Source: Narcine bancroftii (Eukaryota). Taken from it: 64,000 nt of DNA. Below are positions 1-14,385 of the stretch, piece by piece (the stretch's first letter is position 1; every line of letters begins with the position of its first letter). The notes beneath the pieces are model-generated. The model searched no databases, was not told the DNA's origin, and saw nothing but the letters and a program-made list of their open reading frames with translations. Made by a program: the position numbers and the translations under genes. Location: positions 75,578,001 to 75,642,000 of the forward strand of contig NC_091479.1 in assembly GCF_036971445.1 (NCBI RefSeq), written 5' to 3'.

Positions 1-456
1 TGATGTCTTTTTGACAGTTTAAAGAAACATCCCATAATCTTGAATGTATCAATTCTAATTTCTCCTCTATAAAATTATGCAAATTCATTGCTCCTCATGC
101 ATTTGCTACCATATGAGGTCAGCTTCTGGAGGAACAGAGCGATGTCTGGATCTGTCTCCAACCTCACTTGTCACACTCTTGAACGAGCTCCCAATTTATC
201 CCAGAACAACAGTAATTGCTGTTGGCTTCACTGTAATCAGTTACACAAAATCCTGTGCTGCATACTTTCCAAAGAAACTGTTTATACACTGAAAATCAAG
301 CTATTGCCACCCAATTTAAAGCCTTGATGTATCTGGATGCAAGTTGAATTGCATCTTGTATGGAATTAGTTGAAACCAAAAGGCAGGAATTGTTTTCAAA
401 AGTTCCCTTTGTTTATTTTATCCTTTCTTAAGAGATTGTGAACATGTCCACAGTGA

Positions 457-1019
457 AAGAACAATCCCTGAGGAAAGGGGAACCTGTGAATAAAGTAGGA
501 TTTATTTGTGGATTTGTGGATTTTAAAACACTGACTTCTGATTCACTAACCTCTCTCTCTGGCCCTTGTCATTTAGTGAAAGATTAATTGAGGTGCCACA
601 GTAATTCTTACTATAATAAATAATCTGTTGCTATCAACATTCTTCATTGCTGTCAATAGAATTACCAACTCCTGTAACATTACATGGCTTCTGTGGAGGA
701 TCGGGGTTGATCCTCGATCCAGGTTCTGGGGTGAGGTCTCAGTCAGAAGTTTACTCCTGAGGAATGGAGGACATTTCTTTTGCTAATTCCCTGTGGGAGG
801 TTTGTCACCTCCGCAGAGGATTTAGGAGCTCCCCGAATGTACAAATACATGGGTTTGTATACCCTGCCCCAATCTGATTTTAACCAATCACAAAACTGGC
901 TTTGCCCATATGACAAGCATTACCCATCAGCATTACGCTACACACTATTCATCTACAAATTGCATCATTTTGTGGACCAATCACAGAAACAGGTTCCCCT
1001 TTCCTCAGGGATTGTTCTT
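457..1019. repeat. Perfect 31-bp inverted repeat pair (457-487 and 989-1019)
   Basis: AAGAACAATCCCTGAGGAAAGGGGAACCTGT and its exact reverse complement. Confidence 0.93.
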
Positions 1020-2792
1020 GCAGGTGACGTGATCTAGGAAACTCCAGGTTAGTGGAAAATTTACCAGCTTGGCATAAGTCATGGGGCCCCTCACTTCTCT
1101 GAATATTTACAACCCTCTGCATTCTTATACAAAGCAGCAAGGCAGATGTAGGCATTAATTAATATTGATCAATCTACATCAGTCACACCCTTATTTCTTG
1201 CTTTCAACTTTGCCATCCCATTTCCGTACTGTAAATTGTTATATGTTATATGGTTATGTTGGTAATAAATTATGCCAGGTACTCTGTGAGGCAACTGCTG
1301 TAGCTACAATCCTTCCTGCTTGAGAACTCCACTCTCTCTGATGCATTCACACAATGCAACATCTTCAGCAGAATCTCTTCCCACAAGTCACCCTGATGGG
1401 AAAGCTTGGCTTTCAGTCAGATGGGAATCGCTGTGAAGAAAGAAACGGGCCAAGGTAACAGATGTCTGATCCTAGCGGAGGTGGGGGGAGTTATGCCGTA
1501 GTTGGTGGTCTGTAGTGGGGGCTGACAGTCTGTCAGGTGGCTCAGGATCCATAAACAGTGGTATATAATCACTTAGTTCTCCCCAAGCTATTCTTAATTT
1601 CCTTTAAGCCAATGGGGTTTCCAAAGCCAGAAATACAACTGTCCTCCACACTAAAATGTGCAGTAGCAGAAAGTTAAAGCTTCCTTTGCATTCTTATCAT
1701 GACATTTTGCCTTCAGAGTGTTTGTTTGGTTACCTTACTCCAGTTTAACATTTGTAAAGCATGTTGCAGTAAAAATCTGATGTTCTGCTACCTGACTATT
1801 TGCAGATTCGATTGGGTTGATGTATGTCTTGTCAGGTTATGCTTTGTCATACTCCCTACTCAGTGGACCCCTCGTTCATGAACTACCTTCAAACTTACCT
1901 GATTCACTCGAAAATTTATAATAAAACTGCCTAACATATAAAGCTGAATTTAAAAGTACATGGGGGGGGAGGGGGTATGAAGAGAAATAGCATCTGATCA
2001 TCCAGAAAATCAGCTCGTCTGGGACCACCCAAGTTCTCAACCGCTGGGTTATTGGAATTTTATTGTTATCAGTAACTTGGAACGTATTTGGTTTTTTTTT
2101 AAGACCTGAACGTCCATACTTACACATGCTAAAATTTCCTTCCAATATCTATAGAAACCTCCATTTTGCCTTGGTACAAAATGTGAGGGGGGAATAAACT
2201 GTGAATCCGGAATATCATATGACATTTCTCACCGCGAATTCTTCCCAGTTTGGCATTCCACGGAGGTACAGAGGTACAACAAGATGGTCAATTCAAGGAG
2301 ACTGGAGAAAGTAAAAATGAAACACCCCTCAAGATAAAGTAAAATTGTTTTTAAAGAGCAGCGGAGCATCAGTAGAGAGCCTTTCTCACTGCCTAGTTTT
2401 CGTTTCCATTAATGTCAATCAGGTTTAACAAACTTCCAATTCACTATTATCCACTTTGTATTCTTGCCTAACCCTAACTCTAAAGTCTCAATGTCAAATT
2501 TCAAAGTTAAATATCTTCTTGCACATTCTACACTTGACGAACAGTATATGATTCTAATCTCAGCCTGTCTTTGAGCCTGGGTGCACACTGATCACAAACA
2601 TTTTCCAAGTGGAAGGAATAATGTGACCATAATGAATCAATAATGCTGATTTCTACCCCCCCCCCCCCCCCCCCCACTCCACGATTCTTCTTTGGGAAGT
2701 TCATCAGTTTTGGTCGATGATAACCTATAGGATTTAGTTTAATAGAAGGTTGCAAGTAGAGCCTGATGCAACATTCCACAGTCGGTCACAAC

Positions 2793-4080
2793 TTGCAGAG
2801 ACCTCGCCAAAATATTGAAATTTGATCTGCAAATTTATTTAAACATCCATTAGGAAGTTTACATTTCTATTCATAAAATTAAAAATTTTAGGTATTTTTA
2901 GTGACCGTTTTTCAAGGTTTTGCACTCAAGTAATGGGAAGATTTCTAATTAGGATTGCGGATGGGAAGATAACAAAAGAAAATGTTGCTTATGTATTCTT
3001 TTGATTGGCATTGGTGGAAAGCATTGGATAAAGATGAACAGACAGAGAGGGAATAAAACTCAAGTCAGGTCAGGAGCCAGAAGATGAGAAATAGTTTGTG
3101 TAATTTTGTTATTTTGTTCTAATTATCAGTAGCGTTAACATTATGTGCTGTTTTTCCATTGCACGTTCTTCATTGTCAACCATGGATTCTACTGAATGGT
3201 GTTAGGAATCAAAGCAAGATCTTGGACCACTGTACATTTGTTGAACTACTTTAATGCAACCTGAGAATACATGTCCACTAGTCCCAAGCATGTGCAATTA
3301 GTCAATTTGCTTGAAACCAGCTCCACATATTTCTTGAATTGACCACAATGAAAGGTAAATTGGAGAAATTATTGTTGGAATCCCATCTAACTTGCTTTCT
3401 CAGGATATTGATCTAATTCTATATTATGAATCAGACTAGAATCTAATCTCTCACAATTTTGAGTTCATAAGGGTGAATAATTAACACTCTGTAGGTTGAG
3501 GCAATCATTTTAGTCATTAGGTTTAAATCATGAGTTAAACCAATAATTGTGTTTCCCAACAAAGTAAACTGAGTGATGGAAAGAAGTATTTGGCCAACAA
3601 AATTCGAATGTTTTATGTATTGCAAATTGAAAACACCGAAGTTCATAAATTATGTGTGAAGAGAAAATACCATTTCTGTGAGATGTGCTGTCTCTCTTTT
3701 CAAATGTGTATCTGGTCTCGTTAGCATTTTTTTTGGTATTGTATATGAAATGTGCATCTTCTCTGTTGTAAATTCCTAATTACATCTCTTCTGATGCAGG
3801 TCATTGCACTCTATCTCTCCGTGGGAAAAAGTGTGAGTGATATCACTAGAGCAGTAGGCTATTAGATTAATGCATTGTGCTTCTCTTGTGCTGCTATGGG
3901 AGGGGCTTTTCCTTCACTGTAGGATTGAGGTTGATGAAAATACATTAGCAGATTCAGAAGTGGAACATTCACCAAAAGATTACAACCTGCAGTGACCTCT
4001 CCAAAATATTGAAATGTGCTCTGTAAATGTTCTAAACATCCAGTGGAAGGTTACATTTCTATTTATAAAATTCAAAATTC
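2793..4080 (+). repeat. Diverged direct repeat of about 95 bp (2793-2888 and 3988-4080)
   Basis: Shared GACCTC.CCAAAATATTGAAAT...AAACATCCA...TTACATTTCTATT.ATAAAATT.AAAATT. Confidence 0.8.
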
Positions 4081-5464
4081 TTATTAACATTTTTTCTTCT
4101 ATTTGAACTTAGGAAATTGGGGGAAATTTTGATTTGTGATACAATGAAGGACACTGTTCCAAAATCCACTTGATGAACATTTCTCTTGCCTAAATGTTGA
4201 CTTCAATGGAAATGAAAACCAGGCAATGTATTTAAGTGGTAGCCAGGTCAATATTCTGTATTTACCCATGATCTTAAATCAAAATAATCCCAAACTTTCC
4301 CAAAGAGGATTATATAAAAAAAAAATTCCTTCCCTCACTCTAGGTATATGTACATTTCACTTTTCACTAGCAGATGGAATAGCCAGATTACCTGTTACCA
4401 GATAGATGTAACAATAATTATTAAAATAGTATGGATTAATCCACCCAGTGATTTCCCTGTGGTGTCTTCATTGCGTATTTCTCCTTGACTAGAACATTTT
4501 GTGCACCAACTCATCTTACTTTACCATTCAATGTACAGTTCAATAAATTATCCGTATCCCTCAGAAGGAAATGCTTTATGTTTGGAGTGATTCAATAGTC
4601 CAAGGACAACATCATTGATTTGCACCATTACTATTGATCCCAGAGACAATATGATGATACAGCAAGTAATTATTTTAAATAGAAAAAAAAAAATTAATGA
4701 GTACAATTTGTTTTTAATACCATGATTTAAAAATTATAGAAGTACAGTATTTGCCAATTATTTTAAATAAATGCTTGGGGAATGAAGAGTGAGAAATGTG
4801 CAGGATGTAGAATGTGTCTTCTACTGAGACGTTAACAATAATCTCTCAAACTTCTCTTTAAATTATTGAGTTTTATAGGAAATATACCATTAGGATAGGA
4901 TGGGCAATTAAATTATCAGTTAGTGGTGAATCAGTATTGAGGCCTCACCTATCTGTCCTAGTTCTCAGCAACATTGATAATTAACTGAATTTGCTTATGA
5001 CATATATGGGGAATAATAGAATCTGAGATGGTATTGGAGATATTAATTGACTGAGCAACAATAAACAATATGGCAAGCAAATGTAAAGTTCAGACTGAAA
5101 ATTGATGGAATGGAATGCTATCTGGATGAAAAGCTGAAAGGCTTGAAATTTTATATCCCAAAGATAAGTCATTTGGCCACCATAAATTGCCACGTGTGGA
5201 AATGAGTGAGTGCTAGAATCTGGAGAGTTGATAGGACTATGCGAAGAATAAAATGGGATGAGTACACGTTGGTGCTTGATGGATGGGACAAAGGTCCTGT
5301 TTCTGTCTCGTGTAATTAATAACTATGTCTCCGTGTGTGTGGCTATTAAAATGCCATGGACAGTTCAACATGGTAGTCAAAAATGGATGAAATGCTGGTT
5401 TTGTATCTCTGAACCATAAGTCATGCATTTTACATTAAAAGTTATAGTTAGAACACAATGCAGT

Positions 5465-5688
5465 TACCGCAGCGCTATTACAGTGACAGCGCTCAGGTTT
5501 GAAACCGGCGCTGTCTGTAAGGAGTTTGTATGTTCTTCCTGGTCTGTGTGGGTTTCCTCCAGGTGCTCTGGTTTCCTTCCATCCTTCAAAGCGTACGGGG
5601 TTGTCGGCTGTCGGAGGTTTGGGCAGCATGGGCTTGTGGGCTGGAAAAGCCTGTTACCGTGCTGGATATCTAAATTTAAATTTAAACT
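5465..5688 (+). mobile_element. V-SINE/HE1-like SINE
   Basis: B-box-like GGTTTGAAACC; core GGAGTTTGTATGTTCT...GTGGGTTTCCTCCAGGTGCTCTGGTTTCC; (TAAATT)n tail. Confidence 0.8.
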
Positions 5689-8600
5689 GGTGTGCTATCA
5701 GTGATTCAGGGCACCACATCATACCAAGAATATTCAAGCCTTGAAGGGATGTCAAATTAGATTTACTATAATTTTCAATATTAAGCAAAACTAATGGGGG
5801 GACAGAGAGAAAAAAAATTCTCTAAAATTAGGGCCAGGGTTTTTAGATGTGAAATTAATCCTTGTTAGTTTAGACGTGAAACTAATCCTTGCTAGTTGCT
5901 AGTTTTAAAAGTGTTCAGTAGACGTAATGCAAATTTGTGTGCTTGGATCTCACATCAGCCATAATCTTTTTAATGGCAGCATAGATTTGAGCGATTAAAT
6001 GGCCTCCTTTCAATCCGGTGTTCCTGGATTGGAAACCTACCCTTCTTCAGTGTGGTTATAAATATAAAAGATATAGTACTGAAACGTTTGATTATGGTTG
6101 GGTTGAAGTCTAGGAAAACTCAAGAAATATTAATGAAATTCTAAAAATAACACTTCTCATCCACCACTTCAATCTTAACGATTATCCATACATCACTCAA
6201 ACAGCAGCAAGGACCAGGTATAGCAGAAAGAGCTTCTCTCTACCCTAACTTTGTGGTCACACCACGGCATTCAGTACTTGACAAGTTTAGAAATAGAAAT
6301 GTTTTATTGGACAGTAATATTTATGATGTCATAAACATAGCGTAATGTGACCTGATGTTACTCTTTCCTTGGAGCCAATCATATACCTTTGAAACATAAA
6401 ACTTTCAGATATATAATATCTGTAAATATTAAATGGTTATTAAATCAGGATGTAAAATTCAGTTGTTCTGGTGATTGTTCAGATTGTCACATCACTAACA
6501 GCTTTGCTAGTTTACACACACTGCTGGATTCTAAGGTTGTGCTATTCCTTGCATTGAGCTGTTTTGTGATTTCACTTCCTCCTGCCAGTACTTCCTATTC
6601 ACTTGGATGTGAGAACCCCTCCCCTTTTCCTCCCAGCATTCTTCCTCTCTTTTGCCCCCTTTGGTGGTGAATGGGGAGGGAAATCTTTGTTGGAAAATGT
6701 ACAACATTTTAAAAGCTTAATGCTGTACGACTTTTTATATAGTGTGCTCTGCTGAGGTTAGCTCTGCTTAATTTCTGACAAATGTACCTACAAAAAAAAA
6801 TCAAATTTTTGCTCTAATGGTCAATGTATTTAGGGGCACTCCCATTTTTCTCACCCTTGGAAAAATAATGAGCTTTCTCTTAAGAAGTGAAAGAGATTCG
6901 GGTCCACGTAAGCACAGAGCAGATGTTGGAAAAAGTTGAGAATGCTGCAGATCCTCTCTGCAGCAGGACTCCCCTGAGGTAACCCTAAACTGTCAATTAA
7001 TCTGCAAATCATCTGCTTCAGTTGTCTTTTGTGTAAATCTCTATAAAGATAACCAATCTTTCTCCTCAGGGGGGGTAAAAGAAACTTCACGATTTTTGAA
7101 TGTTATTCATGCAATCATTTCTCAAGTCATGTTTTCTTTTAAAATTAATGAATGTCTAATTTTGTTTACTGGCTTATTATGTTCATGTGCATAGAAGCAA
7201 CAGCTTATCAAATGACTGAAAATAATTATTTCCTGTGACCACAAAACAGGCTTTATAATTTTGTGTTCTGCATGACTATCTAAGGTGTATTAACTTTAAG
7301 ACAAGACGTATTGCTGGTGAGATTGCAAGTACAGCACAAACGGATGGTCAGTTACCACCTGGCAGAGAGTGGCAGTGCACAGAACCTGGTTCCCAGCTTG
7401 TTGTCCATGGATGCTCAGTGTGCATGCCAACTTTACTTTCATTGACTTTTCCAAAAGATTAAACATAAACTGCTCAATGGCATTAGAATTAAACATAGCC
7501 TCCAAATTGCTGAACATTGCACACACTCTTCAGATAAAAACTTGGGAAACTTTTGCACCAAGCTTATGCACCAAGCTACCTTCCAAGCATATTCTTACTT
7601 TTTTTTTCTGTCTCGAGGAGATATTGACTGGAATTTTGTCTTCTGAAACAGTAGAGTCAATAATTGTATTAAAATAGCATTGAGAAAGGGAAATGATCAT
7701 TTTTGTGTGGACAGAGAAACTGAATAGTGAAAAAATATAATTTCCTGGTCAACAGTCATCTTTTTGTCCATACATTCACATTTTGTGACATTGGGCTCAT
7801 TATCAAAATTGCAATGAATAAGGGTGTGAAAGGATCAGAGATATTTAAAATGACCAAAATCACAATGTTGAAGGAACTCGGACATGTAATTGGTACAGGT
7901 TTATCTAGCCTTGTAATAAATTCACCAAATGCATTTAAGATTCCTAAGTGTAACGTTTTATAAAGATTTGGAAATGTCTTGCGCAGTGAATTGAATATCT
8001 GTTGCACAATTACGAGAAATATCATGTGTAAATCTAATTTGTTAGATGATATTTTTGTATAGAAAATCAAACAGACACTTGTTAAACTGAGTGATATGGG
8101 TAGTGATGATTATGAAGGTGCATTTAAACCTTTTGTAAAGGTTTCACAGCAGCAATTATAACAAAGATGAGACAGAATTGGAGGAAGAGAGACTTGAACA
8201 TTGAAGAAATGAGTTTAGAATTAAAAACATGACGTAAAGGTTGATGGTAATGAATCTACATTGCATTATTTTTGAAAAATGTATTGAATCAACTGATTTG
8301 AAATTTGGAAAACGATAGAAAAAAAAGTGCCATGTTTAAGTTAGTGATCAGTTCCATCTTCCATTTGCATCAATTAACAAACCATTCCCTTTCTTCTACA
8401 CAACAGTGCTCGAAGAAAGTAAACCTCAAAGGCAGCATTATCGGTATGAAGTGACCCACCACACTGATTTCTACCTCTGTTAAAACTACTCGCCAAATGT
8501 TTATGCCAACCATCTTGGTCATCTACTAACAATGAAGTTGCTGCAGTAGGGCATTTCTGGGCCTCCTCAAAATCCATGCTCTTTGTAAGCATTCCCATAA

Positions 8601-9054
8601 CATGACGAGATAAAGATTATGGAGGGAACTTTTAACAATGTCATTGGTTCCACCACCCCATCCTGTGCCAATAACAAAAAAAAAGAAAACTGCATACGCA
8701 TTTTGCACAGAAGGACTAAAGCTCCAGGAACCAAACTCCGTGCCTGCCTCTGGTGCATCAGGCTAGTTTTACAGGGGATCATCTAGCTGATGAGCTCTCC
8801 AGAATTCAGAGAGTTGAGTGCATGTCTACACCCCTGTTAAGCTGAGAATCTTGGTTTGGAAGGCAGTTCAGTCTCTGTCTTCCTGGTGACAGCCATGTGT
8901 CTTGTGTGTTGTGGAATCCTAAGCAGTTTCACCAACATCAAGTCAATACTTGAGTCCCTTTTAAACATCTGAAGGATGAATCACTCCTTAAGGATTAATG
9001 GATAAATTAGATGACAATTGCAAGAAGCTAAATATTTGTACTCTGTCCATTCAG

Positions 9055-9492
9055 GTAGAATATGAAGGGCTCAAACATGAGATTAAACGTCTGGAAGAGG
9101 AGACCGTGCTGCTCAATAGTCAGCTGGAGGATGCCATACGGTTAAAGGAGATCGCTGAACATCAATTGGAGGAAGCACTGGAGACATTAAAGAACGAACG
9201 TGAACAGAAGAACAATTTACGCAAGGAACTCTCGCAGTACATCAACATGAGTGACAGCATGTACAACAACCACATAAACATTGCTGTTGATGGACTAAAA
9301 TTCTCAGAGGATGGAAATGAGCCCAACAATGATGATAAAGTAAATGGACACATCCACGGCTCTTTGGTAAAACTTAATGGTGATTACCGAACATCAACAA
9401 CCAGAAAAACCGACAGTCCAGCTCTGGTGTCCGATCTCTTCAGTGAGCTTAACATTTCAGAAATGCAAAAACTTAAGCAACAACTTATACAG
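9055..9492 (+). CDS. BICD1: BICD1 internal coding exon ([16 protein letters not shown]...QKLKQQLIQ), coiled-coil
   Basis: Acceptor ctgtccattcag ends at 9054 and donor GT starts at 9493; 438 nt, phase 0/0; translation closely matches vertebrate BICD1 as recalled. Confidence 0.96.
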
Positions 9493-11409
9493 GTATTTAC
9501 TTCTGTTTTTACTCTCTTGTCCTTCAGATTTTTTTTGCCTCTGGGTTTTCTGCTTTTTATTTCCCTGCCTTCTCATTTTCCCCTTCACTCTTCTCCTTGG
9601 ATAATTTTAACTCTCCCTTTAATTACTTCCAAAAGTCCCATATTGACCATCAGTAACATGCCAACAACTTTCCCATCAGTTCTTCTGTGAAGAACCTAAG
9701 ACAACTCCTCCTCTGTGGATGTGCATCTGCAGCTCACATAGTCAGTGGTTATGACAAATAAAGCTGTTGTTGGTGTACTTAAGCTTTTGGCTCACTGATT
9801 ACAGGAATGACTAAAGATTTTTTAATGTCCTCTATTGCAATAATGAGAAACTCCAATCTATTGACGCTGTTACCATCAGACCATCAAACCTCCACCGTCG
9901 GCAACAAAATCAATCAGAGACTCCTTTGCGACTCTTACTTGTGGACTTCATTGATTTTCTTTTTGTTCTCAGTTTGTTTAGATTTGTTATCTGTTTACAG
10001 TTCTTGATTTGTTTACGTGTTTTACGCTGTGTACAGTTTATTTTTTGCACCTCTAATTAATGGTAATTCTGCGCCCACAGGGTGGTATGTGGTGACATTT
10101 ATGTAGTCCGACAAGAAATCTGAATCTACTAAGTTCCTCCCCCCAGTCCTTCAGTGCCTAGGCATGATTTCACATTAGAACGTTATTGGGTCATTGAAAG
10201 TTTGTGCAGCATATCTGCTCCACAGTTAGTCTGAGTCCACTATTTTCTAGAGGTGGTGAATAAACATCAGCCTTTGTGATTTGTGGGGATTTGGTGAGTT
10301 TCAGTCAGTGCGACTTAAACCTTTATTATTTTGAATTGATTGTTCCCCATGTTTGGCCATAAAATGCACAAGGAATGTCTACATATCCCTTCTCACCAAC
10401 TGAAATTGGATTTTCCAAATAATTTCAACATTACTGAATCAAACAAAAAATATTGCTGCACCTGGAGACTTGTAACTTAGCAAAAAATGTAGTTTTACAA
10501 TACATGTTTAATCGATTATAACCCAGGAATAATAATTTTGTAAATAAATTTGTAAATAATCAACTTGGGAGCAGCAAAGACTATTTTGTTGCTAAAGGAA
10601 TTCAGTGGATCCCCACAAAGAACATGAAAGATAAAAATTATCCAATATTCTGTAACATTTTGCTTACAAGATACTTGAACAAAATTTCAGGCAACCAATA
10701 GTGACACGTGTTGCTGTGTGCTGATGGAGGGTGGGTTTGTGACTGTTCCTTCGCCAGTTCCCCCCTGTGCTCTGGTTGTCACTGCAAATGGGCCAGGACC
10801 TCAAAGTGCAACATGAGCTTACATTCCCACAATCATTTCAGGATGCCTCTAAGGTCTGGGAAGATCATAATCAACAAATGCCTACCCTGGTTAAGTGCAT
10901 ATTCTGATTTCGTTACACTCATTTGAGTCCCCTGTCCCATCACAATTGACAGAGAGAGAACCAATTTTACAATTACTGGGGAAATCAATTTAAAAAAAGG
11001 CTTTGTTTTGACATCTCATCTGTGGTGATGCAAAGTTTATACTCAAATGAGTGTAGATGGGTAAGTATTCATGAGTCACCAGAAATTTAGTTTCCAGATA
11101 AATACTCAACACTAAGACACTGTGGTATAATTAAAATTATAAAATTATGGAAATTAATGGGATGTGCTAGTCATAGAATCAACTGGACTGCTGAATTGAA
11201 CCTTGCACGATTTGTCTAATTCTGCAATTGACGTATTATCAGTCAACCCATTGAAAAGATTCTTATTATACCCCAGTGATTACAGTTCATCCCTCAGGGC
11301 TATTTGCATATACATGCCCAATCCCCAGCCTGATGCAGCAAGGCAGTGCTCTGGAAATTGCTTTCCCAGGATCTAATACATCCATTATGGATGGTGGAAA
11401 AGTTGAATC

Positions 11410-12420
11410 TGTAAATTGTAACTCAGCCTCAGAATTTATTGTCATGAACATGTGTCATGGATATTATTGTTTTGTGGCAGCATTGCAGGTGCAAAAATTG
11501 CTATAAATTACATTAAAAAAAATTGGTGCAGAAGAAGAGAAAATGTGAGGTAGAGACTGTGGTTCATTGTCAGAAATCTGATGGCGGTGGGGAAGAAGCT
11601 GTTTTTGCATGTTAGATGTTCACCTTTAGGCTCCTGTATCTCCTTTCTGATGTAGCAGTGAGAATAGGGTCCTTGAGGATAGAGGCTGTTTTCTTGAGAC
11701 ACCACCTCTTGTTGATGTCCTTAATGGAGTACAGACAAATGCCCAAATGGCACTGGTTGAGTTCACAACCCTCTGTAGCCTTTTACTGTCCTGTGCTTTG
11801 ACAGTGATGCAACCAGTCAGAATGCTCTCCATGCTACACCTTTGGAAATTTGTAAGAGTCTTTGGTGACGTACCAAACCACATCAAGCTCCTAATGAACT
11901 ATAGCCACTGGCGAACCTTCTTCATGATTGCATCGACATGAAGGCCCCAGAATAGATCTTCAGAGATGTTGACACCCAAGAATTTGAAGTTCTTTACCCT
12001 TTCCACTGCTGACCCCTTGAGTGGTTTGTGTTCTCCTGGTTTCCTGTTCCTGAAGTCCACAATTATTTCCTTAGTTTTGCTAACGTTGAGTGCAAGGTTG
12101 TTGCTGTGACACCACTCAACCGGCTTATCTATCTCCTGTATGCTTCCTCATTCCCGTCTCTGATCCTGACAATGAGCATGGTAAATTTATAGATGGATTT
12201 GAATTGTGCCTAACCACCCAGTCATGGATGTAAATTGAGTAGAGCAGTGGGATAAGCACGCATCCTTAAGGTGTGCCTGTGTTTTCAGTGAGGAGGAGAT
12301 GTTACCGATTTGCACTATGCTCTTCCGATGAGTTGCAGAGGGAGGTGTAGACGCCTAGGTTTTGAAGCTTGCTGACCAGAACTGAGGGGATGATGGTGTT
12401 GAAGGCTGGGCTGTAATAAA
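11410..12420 (-). mobile_element. Rex1/Babar-like LINE 3' fragment
   Basis: FGTSPKTLTNFQRCSMESILTGCITV, KRLQRVV and KNSFFPTAIRFL are typical of the Rex1-type ORF C-terminus. Confidence 0.8.
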
Positions 12421-13284
12421 TGAAATTATTTATTTGAATGCAGTTGCAAAAGCTTGAAAGGCCACTACTCCATAATATGTGTAATATGTTAAAATGCCAT
12501 TCCGGAATCAGTGAAGTAGATGGATGAGAAAGAGTCCAAAGGTTGATTTTTGGGGTGAAGGGGAGCATCAAAGAAGAATGGTATCGGGGGTAAAAAAGAA
12601 AGCTATTGTTGGTCATTTTGTCGTAAGACCACATAGAGAATTGAGCCTTCTGATTTGGAAGGTGGTGGTGGAGCAGCAGAGGAAAGGGAAGTCAACTTCG
12701 TCAAAGACCAGTCAAAAATGGCAAGGTGCAAAAAATTATCTTCGTTACAATATTAATGATGAAATTAATGTCTTTGAACAGAATTGTTTCAGTGTGTGGG
12801 TTTGCCCTCTTGGAGGGATTTAAATGAGGGTTTGAATTTGGGAGGTGACAATTGTGGAAAGGGAAGGGAGGCTGGATAGGAATCGTTTGAAGGGATGGAG
12901 GGTCAAATATATTTGACTTTTTCATTTTTTTAAAATTTTTTTTATTTTTCACACCATAAACCACATTGGATTCACTTTTTCATTGAGGAAAAAGATGTTC
13001 AGTGCAGTGGAAGTTCATAAGTATCACCACGCCTACTCTGCTCAAAGATTCCTAAAATTTTAATCTTGAGAAGGTTTACTAAATATCTGTCCCTTCTCAT
13101 CAACACAGTCTGGCTGATTTAAATGCTGCCCTTCACAGAGCTACTCGAGCCACTCAAATTCAAAATGGACTTGTCTGATCACTTGTTTTTCTAACAATTA
13201 AGTGCTCCGTGGAGTGATATAGAGATGTGTGTGCCTGAAAGTGTTTGCCATGTTATAACTTCACCACATCCTCTTCTTCTGCAG

Positions 13285-14385
13285 GTCGAGCGAGAAAAGG
13301 CCATACTCCTGGTCAATCTTCAGGAGTCTCAGACACAGCTGGAGCATACCAAGGGCGCACTTACCGAGCAGCATGAACGGGTTCACAGTCTGACAGAGCA
13401 CGTCAACGCAATGAGGAGGCTCCAGGTCAACAAGGACCTAAAGTCCGACCTGGAGAACGAGAAAGGCCGTGAGTCTGGAGAAGAAACTCACGACTATGAA
13501 GTGGACATTAATGGGCTGGAAATTCTCGAGTGCAAGTATAAAGTTGCAATCACGGAGGTAATTGATCTCAAGGCTGAACTCAAATGCTTGAAGGAAAAGT
13601 ACAACAAATGCGTGGAGACGTACACCGAAGAAAAGGCCAAATATGAAAACCGTGTGCAGGAGCTCGACAAGCAAGTAAGCTGTGTGGAGAAAATGAACAA
13701 AGAATACAACGACAAGATCATGCACTTTGAGACTGAAATTAAGTCATTGACAGTCATGGCAAATGAGGGTCACAACACGCTAAATGCAGCGCAGGACGAG
13801 CTGGTGACGTTCAGTGAGGAGCTGGCACAACTTTACCATCATGTGTGCTTGTGCAACAACGAGACCCCAAACAGGGTGATGCTGGACTACTATAGGCAGA
13901 GCAGGGTCACCCGCAGCGGGAGCATGAAGGGGCCGGATGATCCACGGGCTATCTTATCCCCACGGCTTGCCCGCAGAGGGCTGGCCTCACCGGTTGATTC
14001 CAGGAACTCTCCAGAGCATTCACCGAAAGAGGCCAGCAAAGAGAGCACACAGCAAAGCCCAACAAGGGTGGTCAGCGCCGCAGTCTCGCCAGCAGGGACT
14101 GCGCCTCCCTCGTCGCCCGTCTCTGATGCCAGCGACATCAGGAAAGAGCCCATGAACATCTACAACCTGAATGCCATCATACGGGACCAGATCAAGCATC
14201 TGCAGAAGGCAGTGGACCGGTCTCTGCAGCTGTCCCGGCAGAGGGCAGCCGCACGGGAACTGGCCCCGATGATTGACAAGGACAAAGAGGTTCTGATGGA
14301 AGAGATCTTGAAATTGAAGTCGCTGCTGAGCACAAAACGCGAGCAGATAGCGACTTTACGGACAGTTCTGAAGGCCAACAAGCAG
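13285..14385 (+). CDS. BICD1: BICD1 large internal exon (VEREKAILL...VLKANKQ)
   Basis: Acceptor cttcttctgcag, donor GTAACT; 1101 nt, phase 0/0; contains BicD motifs ELVTFSEELAQLYHHVCLCNNETPNRVMLDYY and EPMNIYNLNAIIRDQIKHLQ. Confidence 0.97.

Noticed and set aside
8780-8825. Hammerhead-like CTGATGA followed by a GCTCTC/GAGAGT stem
   Set aside because: The required GAAA after stem II is absent.
8998-9690. 230-aa ORF as a standalone gene (likewise 13225-14394 and 34627-35070)
   Set aside because: Only the splice-bounded parts match BICD1; the upstream overhangs and the hydrophobic tail of the first ORF are intronic read-through.
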